Virus record (IMG/VR): IMGVR_UViG_3300037482_000373
Coordinates: 1-30,184 of that record
Source of the DNA: a virus
Lineage: Duplodnaviria > Caudoviricetes
Length of the DNA: 30,184 nucleotides
Reading direction: 5' to 3' (one strand)
The notes below the pieces were generated by a model. That model made no database searches, was not told the DNA's origin, and worked only from the letters and a program-made list of their open reading frames with translations. Within the stretch, counting starts at the first letter, position 1. Each line of letters begins with the position of its first letter. This document shows positions 1-9,111 of this stretch, piece by piece. A program made the position numbers and the translations under genes.

Positions 1-118
1 CTGTGATGCCGAGCACAGCGTCGCAGTCGCCCGCCGCGTTGGTGGTGCCGTATTCCTTAAGGCAGCGCGGCTGATCCACCTCAAGGATCGTGATAGTTCT
101 TTTGCCGTAGTCGCTCAT
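1..118 (-). CDS. Tail-tip/hub-like protein, N-terminal fragment (runs off window)
   Basis: ATG at 118 overlaps the stop of the 115..1596 gene (ATGA). Reads MSDYGKRTITILEVDQPRCLKEYGTTNAAGDCDAVLGIT..., open to the window edge. Lies two genes after the tape measure. Confidence 0.6.
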   Translation of the reverse strand, partial: MSDYGKRTITILEVDQPRCLKEYGTTNAAGDCDAVLGIT

Positions 119-1596
119 TCGCTGCCGATCCCCTCAACTATCCAGGTGACGCCGAAACGCTCTGACTCAGTATAGCGCGGCCTGATGGCGTGCCGGGTCC
201 ACGCGTAGGCTACCTCCAGCGGGAACGCCTGCGGACTCCATGCCAGGAAGTATGGGAACTGCTGTGCAGAAACCACGAATGCGTCGAAAGTACCGCGATA
301 CCACGTCTGATCTATCCCCTGGAAGGAAATCTCGCTGGCAACACCGCGACGCCGCACGCCTTGCCCGAGGAACTGCCCGCCTTGCGACATAGAGTTGTGC
401 AGCTCAACCTCACGCGCCATGGTGATCGGCTCGTAGCCCACGAGCGGTGGTCGCAGCATGGGGAGAGACTTGCCTGCGTAGATCACTCCAATCTTCGGCG
501 CCACAGGGCCTGTGATCGGGACGCGAATGTACTTCGCATTGCGCGGAACGTCAATGAACATCAGCGGCGCGTCAGACCCCGGCGCCACGCCGTAGGCTAG
601 CCGCTTCAGGACCAAGGTCGCAGCCGGAGAACCAGACTGGTTGACGGTCCAGGTCTCGCCGAACTCCCCTTGCCAGGACGTCGCTTCATTATCGAGTGCA
701 TCCTCTGGGCGGAAGCGCGCGACGACTGCGCCGCCAATGCCGTTCTTCATGTCGGCATAGAAGACCTTGCCATCGAAAGGCTGCGCCGCGCCAAGGTTTT
801 GGCCGGAGACCCTGAACTGTCCTGTGCCATTGAACACACTGGTGGTACTGCCTGTAGTAACGGTGGCGCCAAGCTGCGCCCACGTGCCGACGCCGGTGAC
901 TGGATCGAAATCGGTCGAGGTCCAGAACTTCACGTCATGCCCGGCGGCACCGTTGTCCACTTCCAGAGTCGCCTTGACTGCAACGATGTCGCCGTCAGTC
1001 GTCGAAAGGGCCACTGTGGAATTCTTTGATAGCACATTCGTTCCATTGTCAGACCAGAGCAACGACAGAAGTCCGCCGGTGGTGATCCTCAACAGAGCAG
1101 TCCTCTGGTTGCCGCTTTCCGTCCACTTTGAAGCGACCGTCATGTCTGCCGCAGGGGTGTAGTCGGACGCAGCAACCTGCGCCACAAGCTCAAGGTCGGT
1201 CGAGATATCATGCAGCGCCGCGTCCGGCGTGCTCGCGCCGTTGCTCGCCGCATTCGGACAAAAGAGATACGAAAAAAAGTTCTCCACGTCCTCGCTCCAG
1301 CGCGCCTCGACCGCAGCACCGCTGGACCCAATGGTATGTTCGGCCAGCCCGGCGTAATCAATCTCCTTGGCAGAGCCGAAGTCGAACTGTATCCACGCGG
1401 GCATTGCGAAGGGCTGCCAGTAAGTAGCTGTATCCGGCTCCAGCACCATCTCCTTTGGCCCCTCATCTGTCTCACTGCTGGCAGTAACGACAACTCCAGC
1501 ATCACGCGTGAAGGTCTGCCAGCCGATGCGCGGGTTACGCAGCGACTCACCCGCAGCCTGCGCGGAGAGAACAAATGCGTCAGTGAATACGATCAT
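115..1596 (-). CDS. Distal-tail-like protein with an apparent inserted LamG/ConA-like domain
   Basis: 493 aa, directly after the tape measure (ATGA overlap). The central ~225 aa is beta-rich and LamG-like (TVASKW...LLSLLWS...VKFWTS...WAQLG...PFDGKVFYA). Confidence 0.6.
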   Translation of the reverse strand: MIVFTDAFVLSAQAAGESLRNPRIGWQTFTRDAGVVVTASSETDEGPKEMVLEPDTATYWQPFAMPAWIQFDFGSAKEIDYAGLAEHTIGSSGAAVEARWSEDVENFFSYLFCPNAASNGASTPDAALHDISTDLELVAQVAASDYTPAADMTVASKWTESGNQRTALLRITTGGLLSLLWSDNGTNVLSKNSTVALSTTDGDIVAVKATLEVDNGAAGHDVKFWTSTDFDPVTGVGTWAQLGATVTTGSTTSVFNGTGQFRVSGQNLGAAQPFDGKVFYADMKNGIGGAVVARFRPEDALDNEATSWQGEFGETWTVNQSGSPAATLVLKRLAYGVAPGSDAPLMFIDVPRNAKYIRVPITGPVAPKIGVIYAGKSLPMLRPPLVGYEPITMAREVELHNSMSQGGQFLGQGVRRRGVASEISFQGIDQTWYRGTFDAFVVSAQQFPYFLAWSPQAFPLEVAYAWTRHAIRPRYTESERFGVTWIVEGIGSE

Positions 1597-4463
1597 GAAT
1601 GCTCTACCACAACGTTGCGGCTTCCGTCAACGAAATTTTCATTCTGCTTCTCCAGCAGCTCGCGCACTTGCGCACGCGTGTATGTCTGACTCGGCCCGCC
1701 ATACAGGTGATAGACAGTGGTCTGGCCGCGCCGCGTGTCGGGCACACCTGTGACTGGATTGGCATTGAACGTCGGTACGGCGCCTCCAGTGCTTGCTCCT
1801 GAAGACGCCGAGGTGTCACTCCTGCCGACGCCAGCCGCCTGCACAAGACCAGTCGCAGCGATTAAAGCCACCTGCAAGGCACCCATGGCTTGCACCTGCG
1901 CAACGGCGGCGGCGGCACCAGCCCAACCGCCTGTGAGCCACCCCCAGTATTCAGCCGCCATTGTGGCTGCAGCGGTATTCTGGATGGTTCTGGCTATGGC
2001 CAGCCCCTTCTCTATGGCGATCACGGCGATAGCCGCTGCCTTGGACTTGCCTGCAAATTCTTGGAGGAGCTGCGCAGCCAGCGCCCATGTACCCATCTGC
2101 ATCTGCTGAATCTCTTGATTCTTGGACAACTCTATGGCGAGGATATTCTGCCTGTGCTGAATCTCCAACGCTTCGCGCATAGCCTGCGCATCGGCGATCT
2201 GGCCTGTCGTGGTCTGCAGGAACGTCTCAAGATTCGCCGCCCTGATGGCGTAGGCTTCGTTCTCAGCCTCGACAGGATTGCGCAGCGACTGCGCGATACC
2301 GGCACCGGCCTCCGCAGAAGCCGTTGCACGCTCAAGGTCGCGCAGCTCCTTGAGCTTGTCGATCTGCATCTGCAGACGTATCACATCCGGATCGTCCTCT
2401 CCAAGCTCCGAGGCCCCAATATCGAATTGCAGAAACGCGATGGCGCGATCCCTCTCCGCCGCCTGCAGCGCTGCAACCTGCGCAGAGTTGAGGCCAATGG
2501 CCTTGGCGCGTTCACGCAATTTGATGATCTCAGAGTCCAGCGCCGATATGTCGCTTAACTGACGGCGAGTCCTGTCACCCGCCGCACCAGCGTCCATCCT
2601 CGCTTGCAGATTCAGGCGCAGCACATCGCTCAGCTTCTTGGCATCATCGAACGCCGCCCTGCGTGCCAGCGCCTCGGCGTCGAAACCGCGCATCGCCTCC
2701 ACCTGGCGCTGACGCTCAAGCTCCGTCAGTCCGACCAGCGCGAGCACGCGCTCTGCGGAGGACTTCTTGGCGGCGATGGTCTCCAAATCAATCGCCAGCC
2801 GCCTCTCCTCGCCCTGCTCGGCGGTGATGACCCCGAGCTTCACCAAGCTGAGCGTGCGCTCCGCCGCAGACTTCTGCTCCACCTCAAACGCCTTCAGCTC
2901 ACCCGCCGCCCTGGCCTCGGCGAGCGCGCGCTCCTCGGCGCCCATGCCGCTGCGTATGTCGCGAATCTGCCTGCTCAGCACGAGGACGGCGCGCGCCCGG
3001 TCTGCGTCGTCGGGTGCGCTGCGCTGGATGAGCGCAATTTCGTCCTGCAGCACCTTGATCTTGGCATACTCGGAAACCTGCTTGATAAGCGCAGCAGCCT
3101 TGTTCGCCGCAGCGTTGGCATCAGCCTCAGAAGCCGCTTGCGCGGCTGCGGCCTGAGCGGCAGCAACTTGCGGCGTGAGAAGATCAACCCTCCTCTGCAC
3201 CGCCGCTATGCTGGCAGGTCTCGCGCCGCGCCCGCCAAGACTTTGCAGCGCAGCCAAATCTGCGGTCGCCTCAGCGAGCTGCTCCTCTAAGGTGGTTTGA
3301 CGACCCACTGAAAGCATCGCATCCCAAGCGGATGAGGCGCCCTTCCTCACCCCGTCCCATGCCGTCTCCAGAATGCCAAGCTGCTTAACCTCCTGCGGTA
3401 TGTGCGCGGCGAGACGTTGCGCCAAAATCAATTGCGCTTCGCCAAGGCGCCCAATGCGCTCAAGGTGCGCGATATGCTCGATTTCAGAAGGCAGCAGGAA
3501 GTGCATCTGCTTATTCAGCTCCTCGGCCCCCTTCGCCGGATCAGCGAACAGCTTGGTCAGCTCGGGGGCAAGTTTGTCGAGGTCCTTGCCTGTCGCAGCG
3601 GCATAATCAGAAGCCAGGCGCGCGACCGCGCCGATCGCTTGCGCACCGATCTGGCCGGAGGTGACCAGAGCGGTGACGATGCCCTTCGCAGTGCCGACGG
3701 TCACGGCGCCGACTTGCGTCATGGCCTCCGCCAGTCCGAGCATCTGCCCGCGCGTCACACCGGCGTAACTGCTCGTAAGTTGAAGCGCATTGTTCATCTC
3801 GCGCGCCTCGTGGCTGCCCTTGAAAAACGCCACCGCCATTATTCCTGCAGCACCGGCCAGCCCTATGACACCGAGTGTGATCGGATTCAGCAGCACAGAG
3901 AGCAGATTGGAGTGCGCCACGAGCTGCAAGAACGTCTGCGGCATCTGCGCGAAGTGCCCGGTCATCGCCTCGCGTCCAAGGATCATCAGCTCACGCCGCG
4001 CCATCGCAGTATGAAGCCCGAGACCGCGCATGGAGGTTCCAGTTTGCTCCGTGCCAGCTCCGGCTGCGACCATCAGCCCTTTCGTTTTGGCAATCTCATC
4101 ATTCAGCGCCTTCATTGTCTTATCAAGCGCCGCGTCAGAGGTGCCACCTGTAGCACCCGCTTGAATAGCTTTGTCGAGACTGTTGAAATCCGTCTGAAGC
4201 TGACGCAACTTAGCGCCGAGCGGATCGTAGCGACCAAGGATTTTTTGCACTTCGGCAGAAGCGCCCTCAACTGCGACGCGCTGGTTCATGAACGCTTGCG
4301 CCGCCTTGTAAGAGGCGTAGTTGGCGTTGACCTGTGCCTGCGTGATGCCTTCGTACTGCTTCTCCAGCTTCTTACCAGATTCGGTCAACGCATCCTGATC
4401 TTCCTTCGCCTTAACGGCGGCAAAAGAATCGATCTCAAGGCTCAGAGATGCGATCTCGCTCAC
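1593..4463 (-). CDS. Tail tape measure protein
   Basis: 956 aa, Ala/Gln/Leu-rich and helical. Has a lambda-type TMP segment (MNNALQLTSSYAGVTRGQM...LFADPAKGAEELNKQMHFL) and follows the tail chaperones. Confidence 0.92.
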   Translation of the reverse strand: MSEIASLSLEIDSFAAVKAKEDQDALTESGKKLEKQYEGITQAQVNANYASYKAAQAFMNQRVAVEGASAEVQKILGRYDPLGAKLRQLQTDFNSLDKAIQAGATGGTSDAALDKTMKALNDEIAKTKGLMVAAGAGTEQTGTSMRGLGLHTAMARRELMILGREAMTGHFAQMPQTFLQLVAHSNLLSVLLNPITLGVIGLAGAAGIMAVAFFKGSHEAREMNNALQLTSSYAGVTRGQMLGLAEAMTQVGAVTVGTAKGIVTALVTSGQIGAQAIGAVARLASDYAAATGKDLDKLAPELTKLFADPAKGAEELNKQMHFLLPSEIEHIAHLERIGRLGEAQLILAQRLAAHIPQEVKQLGILETAWDGVRKGASSAWDAMLSVGRQTTLEEQLAEATADLAALQSLGGRGARPASIAAVQRRVDLLTPQVAAAQAAAAQAASEADANAAANKAAALIKQVSEYAKIKVLQDEIALIQRSAPDDADRARAVLVLSRQIRDIRSGMGAEERALAEARAAGELKAFEVEQKSAAERTLSLVKLGVITAEQGEERRLAIDLETIAAKKSSAERVLALVGLTELERQRQVEAMRGFDAEALARRAAFDDAKKLSDVLRLNLQARMDAGAAGDRTRRQLSDISALDSEIIKLRERAKAIGLNSAQVAALQAAERDRAIAFLQFDIGASELGEDDPDVIRLQMQIDKLKELRDLERATASAEAGAGIAQSLRNPVEAENEAYAIRAANLETFLQTTTGQIADAQAMREALEIQHRQNILAIELSKNQEIQQMQMGTWALAAQLLQEFAGKSKAAAIAVIAIEKGLAIARTIQNTAAATMAAEYWGWLTGGWAGAAAAVAQVQAMGALQVALIAATGLVQAAGVGRSDTSASSGASTGGAVPTFNANPVTGVPDTRRGQTTVYHLYGGPSQTYTRAQVRELLEKQNENFVDGSRNVVVEHS

Positions 4464-4868
4464 TTGGCCTCCGTCTTCTTGCCCTTTGACTGTACCAGCA
4501 TGAACAGACCCTCAAGCGCGTCCAGCGCCGCATTCTCGAAAGGCTGCAGACGCACGCCGCACCTGCGCGCCCACGCCTCGACGCCCTCGTGAGTAATTTG
4601 GTTGAGGCCATTCGGACCGCTGGTGCGCCGCTCGCTCATGTTACAGAAATACTCCCACAGGTATTTTGCCTCCACCGGACAATCCACAGGGAGGAGCTGA
4701 TCCGGGATTTTGCCAGTCTGCCGCGCAAGGCTCTCAAGGTGCACGCGCAGGGTGGCCCCGTCCGCCTGGCGCGCACCAAGCGCCAGCTCGTTCGCAGCGA
4801 AGGCCAGCAGGCTGCCTGCCGTCGGGACGCCGTCCTCATCCAGGCTCCCAATCACCCCTGCGTAAAAA
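4460..4868 (-). CDS. Tail assembly chaperone, C-terminal (GT-type) part, probably reached by -1 frameshift
   Basis: Open frame overlapping the end of the upstream chaperone in the -1 frame. Contains YLWEYF...R...ITHEGVEAWAR...LQPFE..AL.ALE, typical of the gene before a tape measure. Confidence 0.75.
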
Positions 4869-5259
4869 CTTGCTCGGATTCCACCGCCGCGACGACCTTG
4901 GCGCGCCACGTTGGGCGCCGCGAAAAGATCGCTTTCAGAGTCTCATCATGCAGCGGCGCAAGTTGCCCGTCGATGGTGAAGCCATAAATCTCCACGATGC
5001 AGGCGGCGCAAATCGCAGCCTCGCGCTTGGCAATCAGGTCCACAAGCTCTCTCGCACCCGTCTCGGTCGAAGCCTCGATCCCGCGACCGCGCCGCGCGGA
5101 CTTACGCACGTTGGCGAGCTTCCACGCGCGATCGGCTTCCTGATACTGCTCGGAATTCGCGCCGACTACCTTGAAGCCGTCGGTTGGATTGCCCTCGGCG
5201 TCGAACATCAGTGGGACGTCGATCGGGTCCAGTTTCTTTTCCAGGTCTTTCAGTTCCAT
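4852..5259 (-). CDS. Tail assembly chaperone (G-type)
   Basis: ATG at 5259 with RBS AAGGAG, 135 aa, between tail tube and tape measure. Ends ...GTT TTT ACG CAG GGG TGA. Confidence 0.8.
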   Translation of the reverse strand: MELKDLEKKLDPIDVPLMFDAEGNPTDGFKVVGANSEQYQEADRAWKLANVRKSARRGRGIEASTETGARELVDLIAKREAAICAACIVEIYGFTIDGQLAPLHDETLKAIFSRRPTWRAKVVAAVESEQVFTQG

Positions 5260-5261
5260 CG

Positions 5262-5355
5262 TCTTCTCCTTGAGTGGAGTCTCTCGGACACCGGCCAATC
5301 GGCCACGCGGGGAGGAGAAGAGTCCACACGCGACCGGCCCACCGGACCGAGAGAC
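5262..5355 (-). promoter_or_regulatory. Long intergenic hairpin whose loop can pair with the chaperone RBS (putative pseudoknot)
   Basis: Outer stem GTCTCTCGG/CCGAGAGAC (5347-5355 with 5279-5287) plus inner stems. Loop TCTTCTCCT (5313-5321) is the exact complement of AGGAGAAGA (5262-5270). Confidence 0.6.
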
Positions 5356-5366
5356 ATGGTAAAAAC

Positions 5367-6584
5367 TTACGCGGCAGCGCTGTCCTGGATGCTGAGAATC
5401 GTCTGGTCGAAGGCCAGCGCCGCGCCGCCCGCCGCGTTCAGTTCTGCGGTGAACGGGTAGGTGCGCACGATACCCTTCTCGCCGTCGTCCGGGGCGTCGC
5501 CGGTGATCTTGATCGCGCCCAGCGTGAACGCCATGAAGTGGCTGGTGGCAGTCTGGTCAGCGGTGAGCGCCAGCGCCAGGCTGACCACGGTCTCGGCGTC
5601 GAAGAACGCCTGGAACACTGTGGAATCGAACAGCCCCATGAATTCGCCTGTGACCCTGACCCTGCCGCGCGACGAATCAGGTGAATCGTTCGACCCGACC
5701 ACAGCGCCGTCGCCCTGCGCGCCGTTCGCAACGGTGATGCTCGCGCCGGTGATGTTGCCTGCCACTGCACCGTTGACGTAGACCGCGCCGTTCACCGCCG
5801 TCATTGGCGCGGTGATCGTCTCCGCAGCCGGTGCGGTCTGCGCCTGCGCGACCCCTAGCGTGCGCCCGAGCGGCACCGAGTCGATCACGATCCCGGCGTT
5901 GCCCGTCGCCGGGAGCGAGAACGCCACCTGACCGATGCGCGCGTCGGTGAACAACTCCGACTTCACAAGGTCGGCGTAGAACTCCTCGAACGTGAAATAA
6001 TCGTTGGTGTGGCCGGTCAGCGGCACCAGCACTTTCTTGCCGACAAGGGTGAAAGTGACAGAGTCGCCCGCCGCCTTCGCTGCCACCGCCGTGCCGTCGA
6101 GGAACACGCCAGTCATGTTGGTGGCTGTGAGCGCCGTGATCCAGAAGTTGCGCGCGTTGTTCGCCGCGCCACCAGCCGTGAATCCGGTCCAGCGCCCCAC
6201 GTCACCCACCTTCAGCCCTGCGGTAAGGAATCCACCGGAAGCGTCTACAAACTGCGGCGACGCTACCGCAGCGGTCACGTCCGCACCTGCTGCGTAGGGC
6301 GCAGTGGCGACGAACACCTTTTCCATGATCCCTTCGATTGGGAGCTGGTAGGTGCCCGAAGAGAGCAGGCCGTCGATCTTGCCTGTGGGTTTACGCAGTC
6401 CATAACTCGCGCCCGTGGATTGGTGGTGAGTGACGATCTCATCCGCCTCGAACATATCACGCGCGGCGACGAAGTTCGAAGTGCGCCGACGCAGGTAAAA
6501 GCACCCGGCGCCGATCTTCGGAACTCCGAGTCCAGTCTGACGTCCGATGGAGAGGGACTTTCTGAGGCCTTGCGCTACGGTCAT
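5367..6584 (-). CDS. Major tail (tube) protein
   Basis: 405 aa with RBS AAGGAG. Beta-rich Thr/Ala/Gly composition with tail-tube-like segments (FTFEEFYADL, GRVRVTGEFMGLFDS). Lies between terminator and chaperones. Confidence 0.85.
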   Translation of the reverse strand: MTVAQGLRKSLSIGRQTGLGVPKIGAGCFYLRRRTSNFVAARDMFEADEIVTHHQSTGASYGLRKPTGKIDGLLSSGTYQLPIEGIMEKVFVATAPYAAGADVTAAVASPQFVDASGGFLTAGLKVGDVGRWTGFTAGGAANNARNFWITALTATNMTGVFLDGTAVAAKAAGDSVTFTLVGKKVLVPLTGHTNDYFTFEEFYADLVKSELFTDARIGQVAFSLPATGNAGIVIDSVPLGRTLGVAQAQTAPAAETITAPMTAVNGAVYVNGAVAGNITGASITVANGAQGDGAVVGSNDSPDSSRGRVRVTGEFMGLFDSTVFQAFFDAETVVSLALALTADQTATSHFMAFTLGAIKITGDAPDDGEKGIVRTYPFTAELNAAGGAALAFDQTILSIQDSAAA

Positions 6585-6614
6585 AGCAGTGCTCCTTGAT
6601 GAATTGGTTGTGAG

Positions 6615-6869
6615 TTACTCACCACGCCCACGTCGCGGGCGAAGTGCGGTTGCGTGCGGTGGGGCTGACGCCTCGGCGCGCGGGAACGCCATGCGCGCCA
6701 GAGCGGCTGCTGGCGATGAATCCTTGCAGAGCGCCGCAAACTCGAATGCCTCTTCGCCTGGCGTGCCGCGCGGCCAGAGCGCGCTGAAGCCGCCGCCCTC
6801 GGCGATCATCTGCCGCGCATTCTCTTCAATCGCCTCGGTGCGCTTGCCTTTGCTGTCGAAAATCCACAT
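6615..6869 (-). CDS. Hypothetical protein
   Basis: 84 aa ORF with RBS GAGGAG, filling the gap between tail terminator and tail tube. Confidence 0.6.
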   Translation of the reverse strand: MWIFDSKGKRTEAIEENARQMIAEGGGFSALWPRGTPGEEAFEFAALCKDSSPAAALARMAFPRAEASAPPHATALRPRRGRGE

Positions 6870-6881
6870 GGCTTCAGCTCC

Positions 6882-7289
6882 TCATCCGAAAACATTCGTA
6901 TGAAACGGAATCTTCACAGGCACGCTCCAGCGGTCTCCGTCAACGACACCTGCACTGATAGCTGGTGTCTTGGAAATCGTGGTCACCACACCGCCGCTCG
7001 TCAGCGCGAGATTCTTCGGGAAGGAAGCGCGCAGTGCGATGGCGCGAGCAGCGGCGGCACCCGGTCCGGCCTGCAGCGGGTATTTCAGTGTCACCTGCAT
7101 GAAGCCAAGCTCGCGGTACCCGGCGCCGATCTCAGGATTCTCTGGCGTCGCCAGCATCAAGTCAACGCGCTGGTAAGGCACGGTCGGCGCTGGCGGCACG
7201 AACGCAGCGTTCTCCCACGCAGTGGCGAGTGCGGGCGCCATGGCGTTGAGTTGAGTTTCTAGCGCGGAGCGGATGGCGGTGAGGCTCAT
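6882..7289 (-). CDS. Tail terminator-like protein
   Basis: 135 aa: IRSALETQL...TAWENAAFVPP...PYQRV...GFMQVTLKYP..G.G...W.VPVKIPF. Synteny fits. Confidence 0.8.
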   Translation of the reverse strand: MSLTAIRSALETQLNAMAPALATAWENAAFVPPAPTVPYQRVDLMLATPENPEIGAGYRELGFMQVTLKYPLQAGPGAAAARAIALRASFPKNLALTSGGVVTTISKTPAISAGVVDGDRWSVPVKIPFHTNVFG

Positions 7290-7576
7290 GGGCGCCTACT
7301 CAAATAGATTGCTTTGCCGAGGCGCTTTGCATTGCGGAATCGCGTCGAGACCGTAGCAACTCCAGCAGTACGCGCAGACGGTGGAAGAATTCCAGAACGC
7401 ATTTTGCGAAGAGCGCTTGCCAAACGCAGACGATCAGTAGGAACACCACCTCTCCCGGTATGGTAGATTTCTGACAAATCAGCCAGCTTGACATTGCCAG
7501 GCCGCAAACGTTTCGCAGCTGAGTGCGCTCGCCTCACTTCCAACGCCGCTGCCCTCGCTGCATCGCTCCAAGCCAT
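7286..7576 (-). CDS. MAWSDAAR-leader protein, small basic cargo
   Basis: 96 aa, starts MAWSDAARAAALEVRR. Begins 2 nt after the upstream stop and has an ATGA overlap with the downstream gene. Confidence 0.85.
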   Translation of the reverse strand: MAWSDAARAAALEVRRAHSAAKRLRPGNVKLADLSEIYHTGRGGVPTDRLRLASALRKMRSGILPPSARTAGVATVSTRFRNAKRLGKAIYLSRRP

Positions 7577-7578
7577 CG

Positions 7579-8040
7579 CTATGCTCCTTTTTCGCTCGCT
7601 ACCACGTCACGCACGATCTGCGGAAACTCCAGCGCTACCAGTCCGACCATACCGCTGGGCGCCTGAGTGCTGTGCCCGTCCTCCAACGCCTGCGCGTAGG
7701 GCAGGTTGTTGATGAGCACGTGCTTCATGCCTGCGGCCTTCTGCGGTAGCCCAGCGGCGATGCGTGCGATGGACGCCGCGCCGCTCTTATCGATGTTGGG
7801 CAAGTCAGCCATCGGAATGCCCGCGCCACTGTAGTTGCCATACTGCCAGTTGGCGCGGAAGCGCCCGCCGATGTAACCCTTCGGCGGCGGCGACTTCCAA
7901 AGCGTTCCGTCGCCAACAGGCGAGCGGTCCACGATACGTGTGCCAATCTCCATCACCACGCCTCGCACAACGCGGTCGGTGATGTCAGCAGCTTTCTGCG
8001 CGAACTTGGCGAGCTGCACGGCGTAATTGGATTTGGCCAT
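7579..8040 (-). CDS. HK97 gp10-like neck/tail completion protein
   Basis: 153 aa with motifs RSPVGD...GGRFRANWQ...NNLPYAQALEDGHSTQAPSGMV. Confidence 0.85.
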   Translation of the reverse strand: MAKSNYAVQLAKFAQKAADITDRVVRGVVMEIGTRIVDRSPVGDGTLWKSPPPKGYIGGRFRANWQYGNYSGAGIPMADLPNIDKSGAASIARIAAGLPQKAAGMKHVLINNLPYAQALEDGHSTQAPSGMVGLVALEFPQIVRDVVASEKGA

Positions 8041-8414
8041 TACTTGATCAACCCAAGTCGCTGTGCGCGGAGGTACGCAGCGTGAGACGCTCCCTTACCT
8101 CCGGTATCGTAATACACAGGGCGCTTATATGCTCCGCTCTTCAAGGCATTGCGCAAACGAGTTGAGTACGCAGCCACGCGCACTGCTTTTTTGACTGAAA
8201 TCACGCGCGGAGTATCCTTGTAGCCGTAATCTGGAGAACGGCGCATCGAACGAAGAACCGCTGCCATGGTTTGACGCGGCCTTTTCTCCTCTCCGCCGTA
8301 TGTAGTGCGAGCACTGGCATCTTGTGGGGTGCTCATGCGAGCTTCGCGTCGCGCATAAGCATGCGCGCGCCTCACCTCCGCCGCCGCCCTTCTCGCTGCA
8401 TCAGACCAAGCCAT
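8040..8414 (-). CDS. MAWSDAAR-leader protein, small basic cargo
   Basis: 124 aa, starts MAWSDAARRAAAEVRR. TAATG overlap with the downstream gene. Confidence 0.85.
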   Translation of the reverse strand: MAWSDAARRAAAEVRRAHAYARREARMSTPQDASARTTYGGEEKRPRQTMAAVLRSMRRSPDYGYKDTPRVISVKKAVRVAAYSTRLRNALKSGAYKRPVYYDTGGKGASHAAYLRAQRLGLIK

Positions 8415-8417
8415 GGC

Positions 8418-8789
8418 TCAACCCTTTCTCAGATGAAGATCATACATCACCGGCGTCCCTGCCGGATTCACTTCGCCAATGCCCTTGATCACGTATTCAA
8501 TCCCGCCAGCGATTACATTATCCTCTAAACCTGGGACGCTGCCAGGCTCCAGCAGCAGTCGCTTGTCGCCAGCCTGGATCAGCCCTCCACCCGGCGCGAG
8601 CACCTGCCCAGCGCCAAAATCGAGCAGCGCCCCATTGCGCACCTTGTCGGCGGGCGCTGCGGCAGTCACGGCGCCAGTCGCCGGGTCGTAAGTGCCGAGC
8701 GCCTTGTCGCGCAGCGTCACAGGCGCACCGAACTTCGCCAGCAGGCGAATGCTGGTGGCGGCGATGCGGGCGTAGTTGAAGGAGGCCAT
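8418..8789 (-). CDS. Head closure / head-tail joining protein
   Basis: 123 aa: LLAKFGAPVTLR...YDPATG...IQAGDKRLLL...VNPAGTPVMYDLHLR. Synteny fits. Confidence 0.8.
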   Translation of the reverse strand: MASFNYARIAATSIRLLAKFGAPVTLRDKALGTYDPATGAVTAAAPADKVRNGALLDFGAGQVLAPGGGLIQAGDKRLLLEPGSVPGLEDNVIAGGIEYVIKGIGEVNPAGTPVMYDLHLRKG

Positions 8790-8803
8790 TTACTTGACGA
8801 AGC

Positions 8804-9109
8804 TCATTTTCCTCGCTCAACAATGATGCCGCCTTTCCATGGGCGATCCTTCGCCCAGGTTTGATACCTGCGCCCCATTGAGCCTGGATGCTTTCCAAGC
8901 GCCAATTTCGTTGCATAGGCATTACGCTTCAATGCAGACTTACCGCGAAGATGTTTCGTTGCGGCACCACGCATCTCGCGAAGACGGTCAGCCATTTGCT
9001 TTCTTGATAGATACGCAATGCCAGCACCGCCCTTCGCACGTAAAAGATTGCTGTGGCGCAGTCGCCGTGCTTCTAACGCTGCGCGCCTCGCTGCGTCGCT
9101 CCAAGCCAT
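8804..9109 (-). CDS. MAWSDAAR-leader protein, small basic cargo
   Basis: Likely start is ATG 9109 (RBS GAGGAG, 2 nt after the upstream stop), inside the listed 8804..9313 ORF. 101 aa, starts MAWSDAARRAALEARR. Confidence 0.85.
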   Translation of the reverse strand: MAWSDAARRAALEARRLRHSNLLRAKGGAGIAYLSRKQMADRLREMRGAATKHLRGKSALKRNAYATKLALGKHPGSMGRRYQTWAKDRPWKGGIIVERGK

Positions 9110-9111
9110 GG

